A stretch of DNA of 64,000 bases from Nitrospinales bacterium (GCA_046757665.1 JBHHYO010000006.1:822-64821), one strand, 5' to 3'; shown: positions 40,142-50,521, counted from the stretch's first letter. Translations and numbers: made by a program. The notes: generated by a model not told the origin, from the letters alone.

Positions 40142-40550
40142 CGGATTCTCCTTGATAGATGACATAATTGCGGTCGGATTCGTAAAGTTTCAACTGGTGT
40201 AAAACACCTCTTTCGATTTTGGACTCCAAAACCTGCCAGATTTTTATGGCGATATTTTCGGCGGTGGGTATGGTGTCCTTCAGGAAGGCGACATCGACAT
40301 TCAGGTTTTTGTGGTCCATTTTGTCGATGACTTCCGTTTGCACCAGTTTTTTCAGGGATTTCAGGTCAACGACCATTCCCGTTTCCGGTTGAACCTCACC
40401 CTTCACGGTGACTTCCAGGGTGTAGTTGTGGCCGTGCCCGTTAGGATTGTTGCACAGGCCGAAAACGCTCTGGTTTTTTTCGTCGGAAAATCTGGGATTG
40501 AAGAGCCGGTGGCTGGCACAGAATTCCAGTTTTCGGGTGATATAGATCAT
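40110..40550 (-). CDS. queD: 6-carboxytetrahydropterin synthase / PTPS
   Basis: [28 protein letters not shown]. Confidence 0.9.
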   Translation of the reverse strand: MIYITRKLEFCASHRLFNPRFSDEKNQSVFGLCNNPNGHGHNYTLEVTVKGEVQPETGMVVDLKSLKKLVQTEVIDKMDHKNLNVDVAFLKDTIPTAENIAIKIWQVLESKIERGVLHQLKLYESDRNYVIYQGESVERTGAATTD

Positions 40551-40553
40551 GGA

Positions 40554-40745
40554 TTATTTAAGGTATTTTCTTTTGTTGTCCGTCGTGTAAAAGCCGGGCC
40601 CGTGGAGGTGGAAATTCATGTTCGTTATGATTTTTTTCAATTTCCCGCCGCATTTTTCGCAAACCTTGAGGGGTTCGTCGTTTGCGCCCTGCAATACCTC
40701 CGAGGTATCGTGGCATTTTTCACATTCATAATCGTAGATCGGCAT
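40554..40745 (-). CDS. FmdB-family zinc ribbon protein
   Basis: MPIYDYECEKC...CEKCGG, G.GFY.TD. Confidence 0.88.
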   Translation of the reverse strand: MPIYDYECEKCHDTSEVLQGANDEPLKVCEKCGGKLKKIITNMNFHLHGPGFYTTDNKRKYLK

Positions 40746-40829
40746 GGAGGCTTCTCCCACCGGGTATTAAGGGAATAATAAAACTTTATAGCGATGATGG
40801 CACAAAATCAAGCTTGGATTTCCGTTTGG

Positions 40830-41033
40830 CTACTTGCTGATATGATTTTGGTGTTTTCTTTCACCCGGTGCGCCGATTTTCTTGAGAAACGGGCCTAATA
40901 TGTGATTTTTGCTAACTCGTTCCATTTGCGCTTTGTTAGCGTTCTCGTCGGAGGAACCAGCAAACTCCCTGGCTAACTTCTGCTGAATATCCCATTTCAT
41001 CCATACGCAATCAAAATTCTTGGGCTGTCCCAT
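40830..41033 (-). CDS. Small protein, probable antitoxin partner of PIN gene
   Basis: TAATG overlap with PIN gene, K.FDCV.MK..IQ motif. Confidence 0.65.
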   Translation of the reverse strand: MGQPKNFDCVWMKWDIQQKLAREFAGSSDENANKAQMERVSKNHILGPFLKKIGAPGERKHQNHISK

Positions 41034-41488
41034 TATTCAACAACCTCTTTTGGGGAATAGATACGAATAGGTTGATATCCATTTAGCAGGTTAACCGCTT
41101 GATAGCCGCTTATTTTTTCGTAGTGAACGATATGTTTGAAATTCCAGCTAACAACAAAGTCAACTTCCGCCACGGAAGCTGTTGCAATGTGTTCTGCGTC
41201 AAACTTGCTCCCGATGCCGACCACTCCCGCCTTTAAATAGCCATCTCGAAGTATTCCTATCTCTTCTGAATAATCTACCCTCTCCACCATTTCCGGTGGC
41301 AAACCCGTTAAAATACGTTGAACATAGTCTGGCGCCATGTTGAGCTTACGCAGGATGGTGGCAGAAATTACCAGTATAAATTTGCCTTTTTTTATGTCTT
41401 CAAAAAACGCTTTACTTTCCTCCGAAAATTTATCGTCAAAACACCCGCCAAAAACAGAGGTGTCAGCATAAATCCGAAGTTGTTTCAT
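41033..41488 (-). CDS. PIN-domain (VapC-like) protein
   Basis: IYADTSVFGG, DAEHIA.A, VSWNFKHIV. Confidence 0.85.
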   Translation of the reverse strand: MKQLRIYADTSVFGGCFDDKFSEESKAFFEDIKKGKFILVISATILRKLNMAPDYVQRILTGLPPEMVERVDYSEEIGILRDGYLKAGVVGIGSKFDAEHIATASVAEVDFVVSWNFKHIVHYEKISGYQAVNLLNGYQPIRIYSPKEVVE

Positions 41489-41662
41489 TATACGAAGTTG
41501 CGCTTTATTGCGTGAATATCCAAGGCTCACACCCCTGCCGCGAGCAAATATTGAAATTAAGTTTTGTCAAGCATACCATCTTGATGGTGGGCTTTTTCTG
41601 AAAAAGAACGTAACTTGTATCAGGCGCAAGGCCAGGTTAACAGGCTATTCCGTTCTCAAGAA

Positions 41663-41815
41663 TCATGCTTGCCACGAAAGAGATGAGTCCAAAAGCCCTT
41701 TAGCTTCACTCCACCCGATAATCAACTCATTTGTATTTTAGGCTTCGTCTACACGATCATCTTTACTTGGATCAATACGAAGCACAAAGGCTTGTTGATA
41801 ATTTGCTTCCATCAT
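41663..41815 (-). pseudogene. Truncated gene remnant with in-frame stop, possibly N-terminus of an Mrr-like endonuclease
   Basis: MMEANYQQAFVLRIDPSKDDRVDEA*NTNELIIGWSEAKGLLDSSLSWQA*; family recognised from memory only. Confidence 0.4.
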
Positions 41816-41855
41816 GTGCGGTTTTTAGTTTTATGATTTATTGATACACTTACAA

Positions 41856-42272
41856 TCAAGCTTGGATTTCCGTTTGGCTGAAGAAGTAAGGGATTTCGAA
41901 GGCGGCGGTTTCCGGGGCATCCGAGCCGTGGGTCGAATTTTTTTCGATGTTCAGGGCGAACTCCTCGCGCAGGGTGCCGGGTGCGGCTTCCGCCGGGTTG
42001 GTTGCTCCCATCAATTTGCGCCATTCCGCAATGGCGTTTTCCCGCGCCAGAACCAGCAGGACGCTGGGGCCGGAACTCATGTAATTCGTCAAATCCTCGA
42101 AAAAGGGGAGCGCTTTATGGACGTGGTAAAAGCCCTCGGCTTCCGCTTTGCTCAAGGTCTTCCTTTTCATCGCAACGATCCGGAATCCTGCGGCCTCCAC
42201 CCGCTCAAGGATTTTCCCGGTCAGGTTGCGTTCCACGGCGTCCGGTTTGATGATAGCCAGGGTTTGCTCCAT
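41856..42272 (-). CDS. ndk: Nucleoside diphosphate kinase
   Basis: [21 protein letters not shown]. Confidence 0.96.
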   Translation of the reverse strand: MEQTLAIIKPDAVERNLTGKILERVEAAGFRIVAMKRKTLSKAEAEGFYHVHKALPFFEDLTNYMSSGPSVLLVLARENAIAEWRKLMGATNPAEAAPGTLREEFALNIEKNSTHGSDAPETAAFEIPYFFSQTEIQA

Positions 42273-42362
42273 GGCGTCGATTCCCCTCTCGGTAACAGGT
42301 TGACATAAAAAAAGGTATCCGAACGGTCATCTCGTTCAAATACCTCTGGAAAATCGCGAACG

Positions 42363-42626
42363 TTATCGAATGATAATGCCGCTCTTTTTAAAGACGAATT
42401 CGTCTTCGAGGTTTTCAATCCATTTCATTTTGATGGCGTTATTTTTGGCGACTTCCTTGCAGATGTAGACGCAGATTTCGCAGGATTTGCAACGGTCCAC
42501 GGAAACATAGGCGGATTTGTCCTGATCGCTATAATTAATGCAATTGGCCTCCGGGCAAAAGGTGGTGCAGAGGCTGCAATTTTTTTGTGAGCAGATTTCT
42601 TTATCGACGTGAGCAACGTAGTACAT
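42363..42626 (-). CDS. 2-oxoacid:ferredoxin oxidoreductase ferredoxin-like (epsilon) subunit
   Basis: Two Cys clusters (C..C..C...CP; C..C..C...C) at end of oxidoreductase operon. Confidence 0.82.
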   Translation of the reverse strand: MYYVAHVDKEICSQKNCSLCTTFCPEANCINYSDQDKSAYVSVDRCKSCEICVYICKEVAKNNAIKMKWIENLEDEFVFKKSGIIIR

Positions 42627-42646
42627 GTTTTCTCCAAAGGATCAAA

Positions 42647-43354
42647 TTAAACGGCAACTTCTTTTTTGCTTGTTTTTTCGACGCACCAGTCGTGATCGAT
42701 GGCGAACTGGTAGGCCGCCTGGAGGGTTTTCATATTGGCCTCCAGCAGTTTGGCCTTTTTGGCGAATTTCTTTTCGATGACGCTGTCCAGGGCGGCGGTG
42801 CCGCCGGAGACGACAATGCCTTTGCCGATGAACCGGTCCCGCACCGAGGCCGCCAGGGACTCCATGTCGGGCATCCCGAAGATCGCCGCGATGGCGCCGA
42901 CCATGGCCATGTTGGTTGCCAGTTCGGTGCCGGCGGTGTCATTGGCGATGTCGGTGGCGGGCAGGTAGCATATTTTTGCTTCCGCCTCTTCCAGTTCGCG
43001 TTGTTCGTCGGTGCTGTATTCCAGGGGGGTTTTGTTGTTGATCAGGATGATCCCGCCTTTTTTCAGCCCGGTGTAAAAAGGCATGGTGTAGGACTTCCCG
43101 AGGGTGATAACCTGGGCGCTGAAAATCATCAGGACGTTCGGGTAAATGATTTCCCCGATTTCATAAATTTCGTCCTTGGAGATTCTCACGTAGCTTTCGA
43201 CCGGTGCGTTACGTTTTTCCGACCCGAAGAAAGGTACGAGGGAGCTATACCCGCCCCAGATAACGACCGCATTGCTTAAAATGTGAGAGGCCGTCACGAC
43301 TCCCTGGCCGCCGATCCCCGCCATCCGAACATTGTACCGTTTCATTGTTGACAT
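42647..43354 (-). CDS. 2-oxoacid:ferredoxin oxidoreductase gamma subunit
   Basis: GIGGQGVVT, FFGSEKR.APV, TNMAMVGA. Confidence 0.9.
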   Translation of the reverse strand: MSTMKRYNVRMAGIGGQGVVTASHILSNAVVIWGGYSSLVPFFGSEKRNAPVESYVRISKDEIYEIGEIIYPNVLMIFSAQVITLGKSYTMPFYTGLKKGGIILINNKTPLEYSTDEQRELEEAEAKICYLPATDIANDTAGTELATNMAMVGAIAAIFGMPDMESLAASVRDRFIGKGIVVSGGTAALDSVIEKKFAKKAKLLEANMKTLQAAYQFAIDHDWCVEKTSKKEVAV

Positions 43355-43369
43355 TATTGAAGTGTCCTC

Positions 43370-44248
43370 CTATTTCTTGGCTTTGGCTTTTTTGCTTTTT
43401 TTATCGATTTCGGAAAGATATTCCTTGGCTCGGTCGGAGATAATTTCCTCAAAGCCATATCGTTCTTTTTCGATGTCAAAGGCGTCTTTCATGACCTCGC
43501 TTGTGGGGATGGCGTATTCGATATTGCAGGAAGTATAGGCCTGGATGAAAGAGGGGCCGATTTCGCGGGCCACCATGACGGCTCGCCGGACGGTGCGTGC
43601 AACGCGCGACGGGTTGGTGGGTGCGATTCGGGCGATGTAGTCCACTCCAGCAACCTTGGCCAGTCCCATGGCGTCTATTTTATCGTTGACCTTGCCTCGG
43701 GGGGCCATTTTCAAGACCTTGCCGCGCATCGTCATGCCGCTTTCCTGCCCGCCGGTGTTGCCGTAAACTTCGTTGTCCAGCATGATCGTGGTGAATTTTT
43801 CCTGGCGGAACCAGCTGTGCATGAGGCCCTGGAAGCCGATGTCGATCAGTCCGCCGTCCCCGCACATGACGACGACGTCTTTCTTCTGGTCGGGAAACCG
43901 CATCTCCAGTCCGCGTTTCAAGCCGGAAGCCACGGCGTTGGTGTCGCCATAGTTTCCGTAAATGAAGGGAATGGAAGCCTGGCTGATGGCCAGCCGGCCG
44001 CATCCGGCGGTTCCGACAATGACCGTATGCTCCGGACAGGGGAGTCCTATCATGGTCAATCGAATGAAAAGCGTCATGGCGCAACCGGCGCACATGGGGT
44101 GTTCTTCCATGATCTCCTTGAACTTGCCCATGTCGGTGACTTTCACCGGTTTCTCGCGGCCGTATGGGCCGTGTTCGATCAAGTCTCTATATTCGATGGG
44201 CAACAAATCCGCATAACCCGGGGAGGGTTCCAAAGTTTCCAATGACAT
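43370..44248 (-). CDS. 2-oxoacid:ferredoxin oxidoreductase beta subunit (TPP-binding)
   Basis: CAGC, GTAGC, GDGG...DNEVYGNTGGQ. Confidence 0.92.
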   Translation of the reverse strand: MSLETLEPSPGYADLLPIEYRDLIEHGPYGREKPVKVTDMGKFKEIMEEHPMCAGCAMTLFIRLTMIGLPCPEHTVIVGTAGCGRLAISQASIPFIYGNYGDTNAVASGLKRGLEMRFPDQKKDVVVMCGDGGLIDIGFQGLMHSWFRQEKFTTIMLDNEVYGNTGGQESGMTMRGKVLKMAPRGKVNDKIDAMGLAKVAGVDYIARIAPTNPSRVARTVRRAVMVAREIGPSFIQAYTSCNIEYAIPTSEVMKDAFDIEKERYGFEEIISDRAKEYLSEIDKKSKKAKAKK

Positions 44249-44356
44249 AATTAAACCTCTCTATGAGATGAAAGTTGAATTAAACACAGGTTCGCCCGTC
44301 AAAAGGGAACCCCGGTCCCGCTAGTGGGGGAGCCGGGCGGCTCTTTTGTGAGGGGC

Positions 44357-45559
44357 TTAACGTTTTTTTCTGCCCTCCTCCAGCCACTCCAGCACCATTT
44401 CCGTGGGCATGGTCATGCCGCCGAAAACTCTGGGGCCCGGGAACATCTTGGCCTTGCAGTGGCCGTAGAGGGCGGAGGTCACTTCCTTAAACATCCATCC
44501 GGCCTGGTTAAACTCCGGCACTAAAATGGATCTGGCGTGTTGCACGGCTTCGCGCAGTTCCCTGATGGGGAACGGGCGGATGGTTTTGATTTTGACCAGG
44601 CCGACTTTTCGTCCTTGTTCGGCGCTTTGCCGCACCGCCTCGCGCGCCTGGGAAACCGCCGCGCCGGAGGCGATGATCATTTCTTCCGCGTCCGGGTTGA
44701 TGACTTCGATTACGCCGTTCAACAATTTTTCAAAATATTTTTTGGACCGCTCGCCGGCGGCGAAGACTTCCTGTTGCCAGCTGGCGTGCATGTGGTAACT
44801 GATGAAATTACTTTTCTGAATGGGCGCGTCACGGGAAATGCGGGCGGGCGGATTCTCGTTGTCCATCGCGGGCACCGCGGATTTCCAGCCGTCACGCGGC
44901 GGCAGTTTGATGTCCGCCGAAGGCATCCTCACATGGCCGCGGGCATGGGTTACAAAAAATCCGTCCACCGAGACACAGACCGGCAGGGTGACATCCACTT
45001 CCTCGGACACCACAAAGGCGGCCAGAAGAAAATCGAAAAAGTCCTGCTGGTTCTCGCCGTGAAGCATGATGATGCCGGTATTGATTAAAAAAGACATTTC
45101 AATATTGTCCGGCTGAATCGCCAGGGGCGTGTTGATGACCCGGCACATATTGGCCAGAACAATCGGCGTCCGGGCTCCCGGCCAGGAACTGATCGCTTCC
45201 ATGCCGCGCATCAGACCGGGGCCGGAGGTGGCCGTCAGGGTGCGGACGCCGGCGCGCGAGGCTCCCGCGCAGGCCGACATGACGCCGATTTCCTCCTCGC
45301 CACGGTAGTATTCCTTGATGTATCCTTCGTCGTACAAATAGCCCGCTTGTTGCATGGTTTCGCTTTGCGGAGTGATGGGATAAGAGATCGCCACATCCAC
45401 GTTGGCGCGGCGGATAGCCTCCCGGGCCGCCTCACTGCCGGTAATGAACTGGCTTTCCCGAGGGGCCTCGTGAAACATGTATTCCGGTGTCACGACTTTT
45501 TGCAACTCGCCTTTCGGCACCCACTCCTTTTTTTCCTGAGCGGTTTCCTGATTTGGCAT
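44357..45559 (-). CDS. 2-oxoacid:ferredoxin oxidoreductase alpha subunit (probably 2-oxoglutarate synthase, For type)
   Basis: YPITPQSE, TATSGPG, DGFFVTH; AAGGAG RBS before MPNQE. Confidence 0.9.
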   Translation of the reverse strand: MPNQETAQEKKEWVPKGELQKVVTPEYMFHEAPRESQFITGSEAAREAIRRANVDVAISYPITPQSETMQQAGYLYDEGYIKEYYRGEEEIGVMSACAGASRAGVRTLTATSGPGLMRGMEAISSWPGARTPIVLANMCRVINTPLAIQPDNIEMSFLINTGIIMLHGENQQDFFDFLLAAFVVSEEVDVTLPVCVSVDGFFVTHARGHVRMPSADIKLPPRDGWKSAVPAMDNENPPARISRDAPIQKSNFISYHMHASWQQEVFAAGERSKKYFEKLLNGVIEVINPDAEEMIIASGAAVSQAREAVRQSAEQGRKVGLVKIKTIRPFPIRELREAVQHARSILVPEFNQAGWMFKEVTSALYGHCKAKMFPGPRVFGGMTMPTEMVLEWLEEGRKKR

Positions 45560-45712
45560 ATCCCAAAGCTCCTTAATTTTGCGCGTTAATGGAATGGTTT
45601 CCCGCGACAAGTTCCCCCTGGCGCCGGGCCAGCTTGCCTGTCAAACATGCGGGGGGAATTGCCCAAACCTTACCATATTTGGTAGTGTTATACAATTGAT
45701 TCAGGTGATTTC

Positions 45713-46024
45713 TCACATCATCCCTTCCAAAAGTGAAATTTCCTTGAAATAACCGAACGCTTTCAGAAGAAACTCGTTTAATGACTTGTCATTATGAAAG
45801 ATCAAGGTTTTGTCGGCCAATTCCGTGGTATGGCATAGCTCGTAGTTCAGTGTTTTGGTGTCATGATATCTGATGACATCCACTTCCCAGCGGATTTGCG
45901 TCATGCTTTCCGTCGGCGGGCTGGTGGCGGAGACGCCGTAATCGCGCACCCTGTACAAAAATTGCAGTCCACCCAGGCCATTCGGCTCGGCCCGGTTCAG
46001 TACCAAGTTGTCTTCGGTCAGCAT
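45713..46024 (-). CDS. Hypothetical protein
   Basis: 103-aa ORF with RBS-like AAGGA; fills gap between genes. Confidence 0.65.
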   Translation of the reverse strand: MLTEDNLVLNRAEPNGLGGLQFLYRVRDYGVSATSPPTESMTQIRWEVDVIRYHDTKTLNYELCHTTELADKTLIFHNDKSLNEFLLKAFGYFKEISLLEGMM

Positions 46025-46220
46025 GGAAGGTTTCCTTAATCCTGCCGCGTATGCAGTTATAATTTGCGGATACCCGGCGCTTTGCTAAAATAAAACATGC
46101 AACAAACGGAATGGCATCGGTCATCAGATTAGCAAATCATTATCTCATTATCAAAGCTTTTAGGGGCGCCGGCTCGTTGCGCGCCTCAAATTTTTTAACT
46201 TGCAACGGTGGAGACCAATA

Positions 46221-46505
46221 ATGAAACCTCTCGAATTGAACGATCCGGAGGAAATCCAGCAATTTTTAACCCACATCCGGTTGGTCGGGGAAGGGTTTAC
46301 GACGGAATGTTTGTTGGTGGAGGTTATGGATGCGGGACTGGATTACCCGGATTTTTTGCGGGTGGAGGGAGAGGACTTGAAGGCCAGTTTTAAAGGGAAA
46401 TCCCCTGCCTGGGCCAAATATCACGTGCGCCAGGGCAAGCGGGTTTTTATGGTTTATGGGGCAAGCGGCGAGGCGAGAAAAACGCATTTCACCGAAACTC
46501 CCTGA
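46221..46505 (+). CDS. Hypothetical protein
   Basis: GGAG RBS before MKPLELND. Confidence 0.65.
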   Translation: MKPLELNDPEEIQQFLTHIRLVGEGFTTECLLVEVMDAGLDYPDFLRVEGEDLKASFKGKSPAWAKYHVRQGKRVFMVYGASGEARKTHFTETP

Positions 46506-46625
46506 GCATTGCCGGCATCCAAAAAAGAACGTTGCGAAATTTGCCGGCCGCCGAATACGACGGCTCCCGGCGCAAAACATTAACTACACGTTTTCGGCAT
46601 CTAACGGTAGTTTGAAAGGAAGACC

Positions 46626-47072
46626 ATGCTTGCATTTGACAAGGAATCGCAAACCCGGATATTCCGGATCGCCGGCGAACGCGCGGCGGGAAAGCCTCTC
46701 AACGCGGAGGACGAGCCGGTCGCCCGGGTGCTGGACGCGCACGCGGAATTCGACGAGCTGTGGCAACAGGGCGACTTGGCCACCTATCCGCGGGAGATCA
46801 ATGGGGCCATCGTCAACCCTTTTGTCCACACGGTACTGCACGTGATCATCAACCGGCAGATCGACAACGAGGACCCCGTTTTCGTCGCCGAGACCAGGGC
46901 GCGGCTTCTCGAACAGGGCATGGACGAACACGAGTGCCTGCACGCGATCATTGCCGCCTACGCGGATATTTATTTCGGCAACTTCCGGAAGGGCCGGGGA
47001 TTCGACCACCTGGACTACCAATCCCGCCTGAACATGCTTTCTTATGAAGCCAATCAAGGGGATGAAGAGTGA
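46626..47072 (+). CDS. DUF1841-like protein
   Basis: H.EF, NPFVH..LH..I..QI, HE..H. Confidence 0.75.
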   Translation: MLAFDKESQTRIFRIAGERAAGKPLNAEDEPVARVLDAHAEFDELWQQGDLATYPREINGAIVNPFVHTVLHVIINRQIDNEDPVFVAETRARLLEQGMDEHECLHAIIAAYADIYFGNFRKGRGFDHLDYQSRLNMLSYEANQGDEE

Positions 47073-47105
47073 CGTTGTTGTAGGGGACAGGCCGTTCCCT
47101 ATGAC

Positions 47106-47231
47106 TTACGCGGCCTCGATGGGCCGGATGCGCGGCTCGATGGCCGGCCAGGTGTCGCGCATCGCCCGGCGCATCTCGTAATCCATCGCGAGGATTTCAC
47201 CCGGAGCGATCGGTGCCAGTTTCTTGCCCAT
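47106..47231 (-). pseudogene. HigA-like antitoxin remnant with central HTH deleted
   Basis: MGKKLAPIAPGEIL joined directly to MDYEMRRAMRDTWPAIEPRIRPIEAA*; too short for the ORF track. Confidence 0.6.
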
Positions 47232-47363
47232 GCGTGTTCACCGTCAGGAAAATACCGTCACTGTACAACGGTACAGTTAAATAATCCCGCAATCTTCAAA
47301 AATCTCCGGACTCAAATTTTCATTGGCTTTAAAGCCAGACCTGATTAAGTCCAATGTCTCCAG

Positions 47364-47657
47364 TCATTTTCCATGAAAATCAACACGATGATTTCCCTTT
47401 AATTTTTGAAATTCCCAACGTCCCCCCTTCGCAAGGGAAATTTTCTTGATAACAGACTTAATTTGAATTTTTAGGTTTTTGGGATACCAAAGATTAATTG
47501 CGTCATCAGAAGCTTTAGCATAAGGAGAAGGTTCTTGGGGTCCCAAAATATCAGGCGGGGATATCGAAAGTTGCCCAAATTCATTGATATCGGAAGGTTC
47601 CTTTAAGGTCAATAATTTTAGGAAATTTTCAAATAACTCAATTTGAGGAACAGACAT
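47364..47657 (-). CDS. AT-rich hypothetical protein or gene fragment
   Basis: 97-aa ORF with AGGA RBS inside accessory patch. Confidence 0.45.
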   Translation of the reverse strand: MSVPQIELFENFLKLLTLKEPSDINEFGQLSISPPDILGPQEPSPYAKASDDAINLWYPKNLKIQIKSVIKKISLAKGGRWEFQKLKGNHRVDFHGK

Positions 47658-47787
47658 GATTTTCCTGAAATTATTAAAACCTGGACCGAGCGATTCTTTA
47701 TTTTAGTTTGGGATCAAGTCCCGGATTTTGACTTGTATCCCTCCCGTGACACCCCTTGCGAAGAAAGCCCGGCGGTTCAAGTTATGT

Positions 47788-47976
47788 TTACTTTATAGGT
47801 TTTATCCCAAGGTCCTTGCAGATTTTCCTTGCGAGGATATCCTTGATTTCAGAGTGTCGAGGCGCCGCCGATTTTTTCTTCAGATTGGGATTTCCCCACC
47901 AGGAGTGCCTGGCTCCTTCCCTGATCAACTCACAGCCATTTGAACCGAGGTATTTTATCAGTTCGCTACGCTTCAT
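47788..47976 (-). CDS. hicA: HicA-family toxin
   Basis: MKR.ELIK.L...GC.L.REG.RH.W...PRH.EI...LARKICK.L. Confidence 0.88.
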   Translation of the reverse strand: MKRSELIKYLGSNGCELIREGARHSWWGNPNLKKKSAAPRHSEIKDILARKICKDLGIKPIK

Positions 47977-48185
47977 ATAGCGATTGATTCTTCTTGATAA
48001 TCGCTTCCCGCCGCGTCCAGGGCTTCATTCTTGTTAAATTCCAGGGCCTCTTTCAGGGTGATTTTCAGGCTTTTCAGTAATTCGCCTTTTGTGGCTTCCT
48101 GGCAGTTGACTCCGGGGACTTCCTCGATCCAGCCTATCCACCAATCGTCTTCTTGTTTGATTACGGCGGTAAATTCACCATTCAT
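47973..48185 (-). CDS. hicB: HicB-family antitoxin (short, no DNA-binding domain)
   Basis: FTAVI....WWIGW.EEVPGVN.Q..T; ATGA overlap with hicA. Confidence 0.85.
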   Translation of the reverse strand: MNGEFTAVIKQEDDWWIGWIEEVPGVNCQEATKGELLKSLKITLKEALEFNKNEALDAAGSDYQEESIAI

Positions 48186-48255
48186 GATTCACCTCGATTT
48201 TAAATTTTGCGTCCAGCTAATTTTACCACGGGAAGCAAGGGAAAGCGCGAGGGAA

Positions 48256-49122
48256 TCAGAGGTATCGGGCGAGGGTTTTGCCCATGTCGGCGGGGCTTTT
48301 GCAGACTTTGATGCCGCATCGTCTCATGACTTTCATTTTTTCCTCCGCGGTGCCCTGGCCGCCGGAGATGATGGCTCCGGCGTGGCCCATGCGCCGTCCG
48401 GGCGGCGCGGTTTGTCCGGAGATGAAGCCGATGACGGGTTTGGTGACGTGTTTTTTGACAAATTCCGCGGCTTCCTCCTCCGCCGAGCCGCCGATCTCGC
48501 CGATCATGCAGATGGCCCGCGTGCCGCGGTCTTTTTGGAAAAGTTGCAGGATGTCGATGAACCGCGAGCCGATGATGGGGTCGCCGCCGATGCCCACGCA
48601 GGTGGACTGGCCGATGCCCAGCGCCGTCAACTGGCCGACGGCTTCGTAGGTCAGGGTGCCGCTTCGGGAGACGACGCCGACGCTTCCCTTTTTGTGGATG
48701 TGTCCGGGCATGATGCCGATCTTGCATTTCCCCGGCGAAATGACGCCGGGGCAGTTGGGGCCGATCAGGCGGGAATCGCTGTCCTGCAAGTAGCGGTACA
48801 CCTCGACCATGTCTTGGGTGGGGATGCCTTCGGTGATGCAGACGATCAGGCGGATACCGGCGTCGGCGGCCTCCAGGATGGCGTCGGCGGCAAACGGCGG
48901 CGGCACGAAGATGACGCTGGCGTTGGCGCGGGTTTTTTGCGCCGCGTCCTTGACGGTGTTGAAGACGGGGACGCCCAGGGCGGTTTGTCCGCCCTTGCCG
49001 GGCGTTACGCCCGCCACCACGCGGGTGCCGTATTTGACCGCTTGTTCGGAGTGAAACTGGCCCTCGCGGCCGGTAAACCCCTGCACCAGCAGGCGCGTTT
49101 TTTCATCTACCAGAATACTCAT
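48256..49122 (-). CDS. sucD: Succinyl-CoA synthetase alpha subunit
   Basis: [26 protein letters not shown]. Confidence 0.96.
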   Translation of the reverse strand: MSILVDEKTRLLVQGFTGREGQFHSEQAVKYGTRVVAGVTPGKGGQTALGVPVFNTVKDAAQKTRANASVIFVPPPFAADAILEAADAGIRLIVCITEGIPTQDMVEVYRYLQDSDSRLIGPNCPGVISPGKCKIGIMPGHIHKKGSVGVVSRSGTLTYEAVGQLTALGIGQSTCVGIGGDPIIGSRFIDILQLFQKDRGTRAICMIGEIGGSAEEEAAEFVKKHVTKPVIGFISGQTAPPGRRMGHAGAIISGGQGTAEEKMKVMRRCGIKVCKSPADMGKTLARYL

Positions 49123-50279
49123 TGGATGGCTCGCACCACTTTTTTCGCGGCGTCCTTCATGCCGTTGCCGATGATTAATTCAAGGCCGGACTGCTGGAGG
49201 ATGCGGTGGCCTTCTTCCATGTTGGTGCCTTCCATGCGGATGACGACGGGCAGGCGCAAGCGGACTTTTTTCGCCGCCGCCACCACGCCGTTGGCCAGGA
49301 TATCGCATCGCAGGATGCCGCCGAAGATGTTGATGAGGATGCCCTTCACGTTGGCGTCGGCGGTGAGGATGCGGAAGGCGTTTTCGATCATTTCCTCGTT
49401 GGCGCCGCCGCCGACGTCGAGGAAGTTGGCCGGCTCGCCGCCGGACAGCTTGATGATGTCCATGGTGGCCATCGCCAGGCCGGCGCCGTTGACCATGCAA
49501 CCGATGTTGCCGTCGAGCTTGACGAAGTTGAGGTTGTGTTTCCCGGCTTCGATTTCCGTGGGGTCTTCCTCGCCGAGGTCGCGCCAGGCCGCCGTTTCGG
49601 GCCGCCGGTACAGGGCGTTGTCATCGATGCCGGCCTTGGCGTCCAGGGCGATAACCTGATGGTCCTTCGTGACCACCAGGGGGTTGATCTCCAGCAGGTC
49701 CAGGTCTTCGTTCTTGAAACACTGGTACAGGTTCATGATGAAGGGCACCGCCTGTTTCATCGCGGCCTTTTCCAGGTTGAGGGCGAAGCAGAGCTTTCGC
49801 GCCAGATACGGTTTGACGCCGATCACGGGATCGATGGGTTCCTTGAAGATTTTTTCCGGCGACTTGGCGGCGATTTCCTCGATCTCCATGCCCCCCGCCT
49901 CGCTGGCGATAAAAGTGGGCCGGCTGGTTTCGCGGTCGATCAGGATGCCGAGATAGAGTTCCCGGGCGATGGCCATGCCTTCCTCGATCAGGACTTTTTT
50001 GACGAGTCTTCCGGCGGGGCCGGTTTGCGGCGTCACCAGCGTCATGCCGAGGATACGGCCGGCGTGGCGTTCGGCTTCTTTGGGGTTTTTGGCGAGTTTA
50101 ACGCCGCCGCCCTTGCCGCGTCCGCCGGCATGGATTTGCGCTTTCACCACCACCACGCCGGCGCCGAGCTCGCGGGCGGCCTTGGCGGCTCGCGATTTGT
50201 TTTCAATCACTACGCCCCGGGGCACGCGGACCTTGTATTTCGACAGCAATTCCTTGGCCTGGTATTCGTGAATTTTCAT
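49119..50279 (-). CDS. sucC: Succinyl-CoA synthetase beta subunit
   Basis: [41 protein letters not shown]. Confidence 0.96.
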   Translation of the reverse strand: MKIHEYQAKELLSKYKVRVPRGVVIENKSRAAKAARELGAGVVVVKAQIHAGGRGKGGGVKLAKNPKEAERHAGRILGMTLVTPQTGPAGRLVKKVLIEEGMAIARELYLGILIDRETSRPTFIASEAGGMEIEEIAAKSPEKIFKEPIDPVIGVKPYLARKLCFALNLEKAAMKQAVPFIMNLYQCFKNEDLDLLEINPLVVTKDHQVIALDAKAGIDDNALYRRPETAAWRDLGEEDPTEIEAGKHNLNFVKLDGNIGCMVNGAGLAMATMDIIKLSGGEPANFLDVGGGANEEMIENAFRILTADANVKGILINIFGGILRCDILANGVVAAAKKVRLRLPVVIRMEGTNMEEGHRILQQSGLELIIGNGMKDAAKKVVRAIQ

Positions 50280-50416
50280 AAGGCTCGAAGCACCGGCAAT
50301 GGGTTGTTCGTTTTCCGGGAAAAAGGCGTCAACTGTTTATCACACGGAATGCGGATTGTCAAAAAAAGCTGAGGCGGCCTTGTCTGGGGAAACAGAAAAC
50401 TTTTGCTTGTTTAATG

Positions 50417-50521
50417 GTCGTTGCGAGGAGGCTCAGCCGACGAAGCAATCCAGAAAGGACCCATTCCCACCGGGCGTGGCCCGGCTGGACCGCCACGCCG
50501 CCGGTAGCGGCTTGCGATGAC
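50417..50521. repeat. REPIN-like palindromic element, copy 3
   Basis: Near-identical to 28143-28247, including the 3' flank accgg..cggcgaagaat. Confidence 0.88.

Larger units (their letters stand above)
40806..41879. mobile_element. AT-rich cassette bounded by 26-bp direct repeats of the ndk 3' end
   Basis: aatcaagcttggatttccgtttggct at 40806-40831 and 41854-41879. Confidence 0.8.

Noticed and set aside
48031-50372. Long antisense ORFs (542 aa and 388 aa; similarly 4523-5809, 19316-20518, 20974-22335, 58176-59636)
   Set aside because: Shadow frames of GC-rich, well-conserved genes on the opposite strand, with no recognisable motifs.
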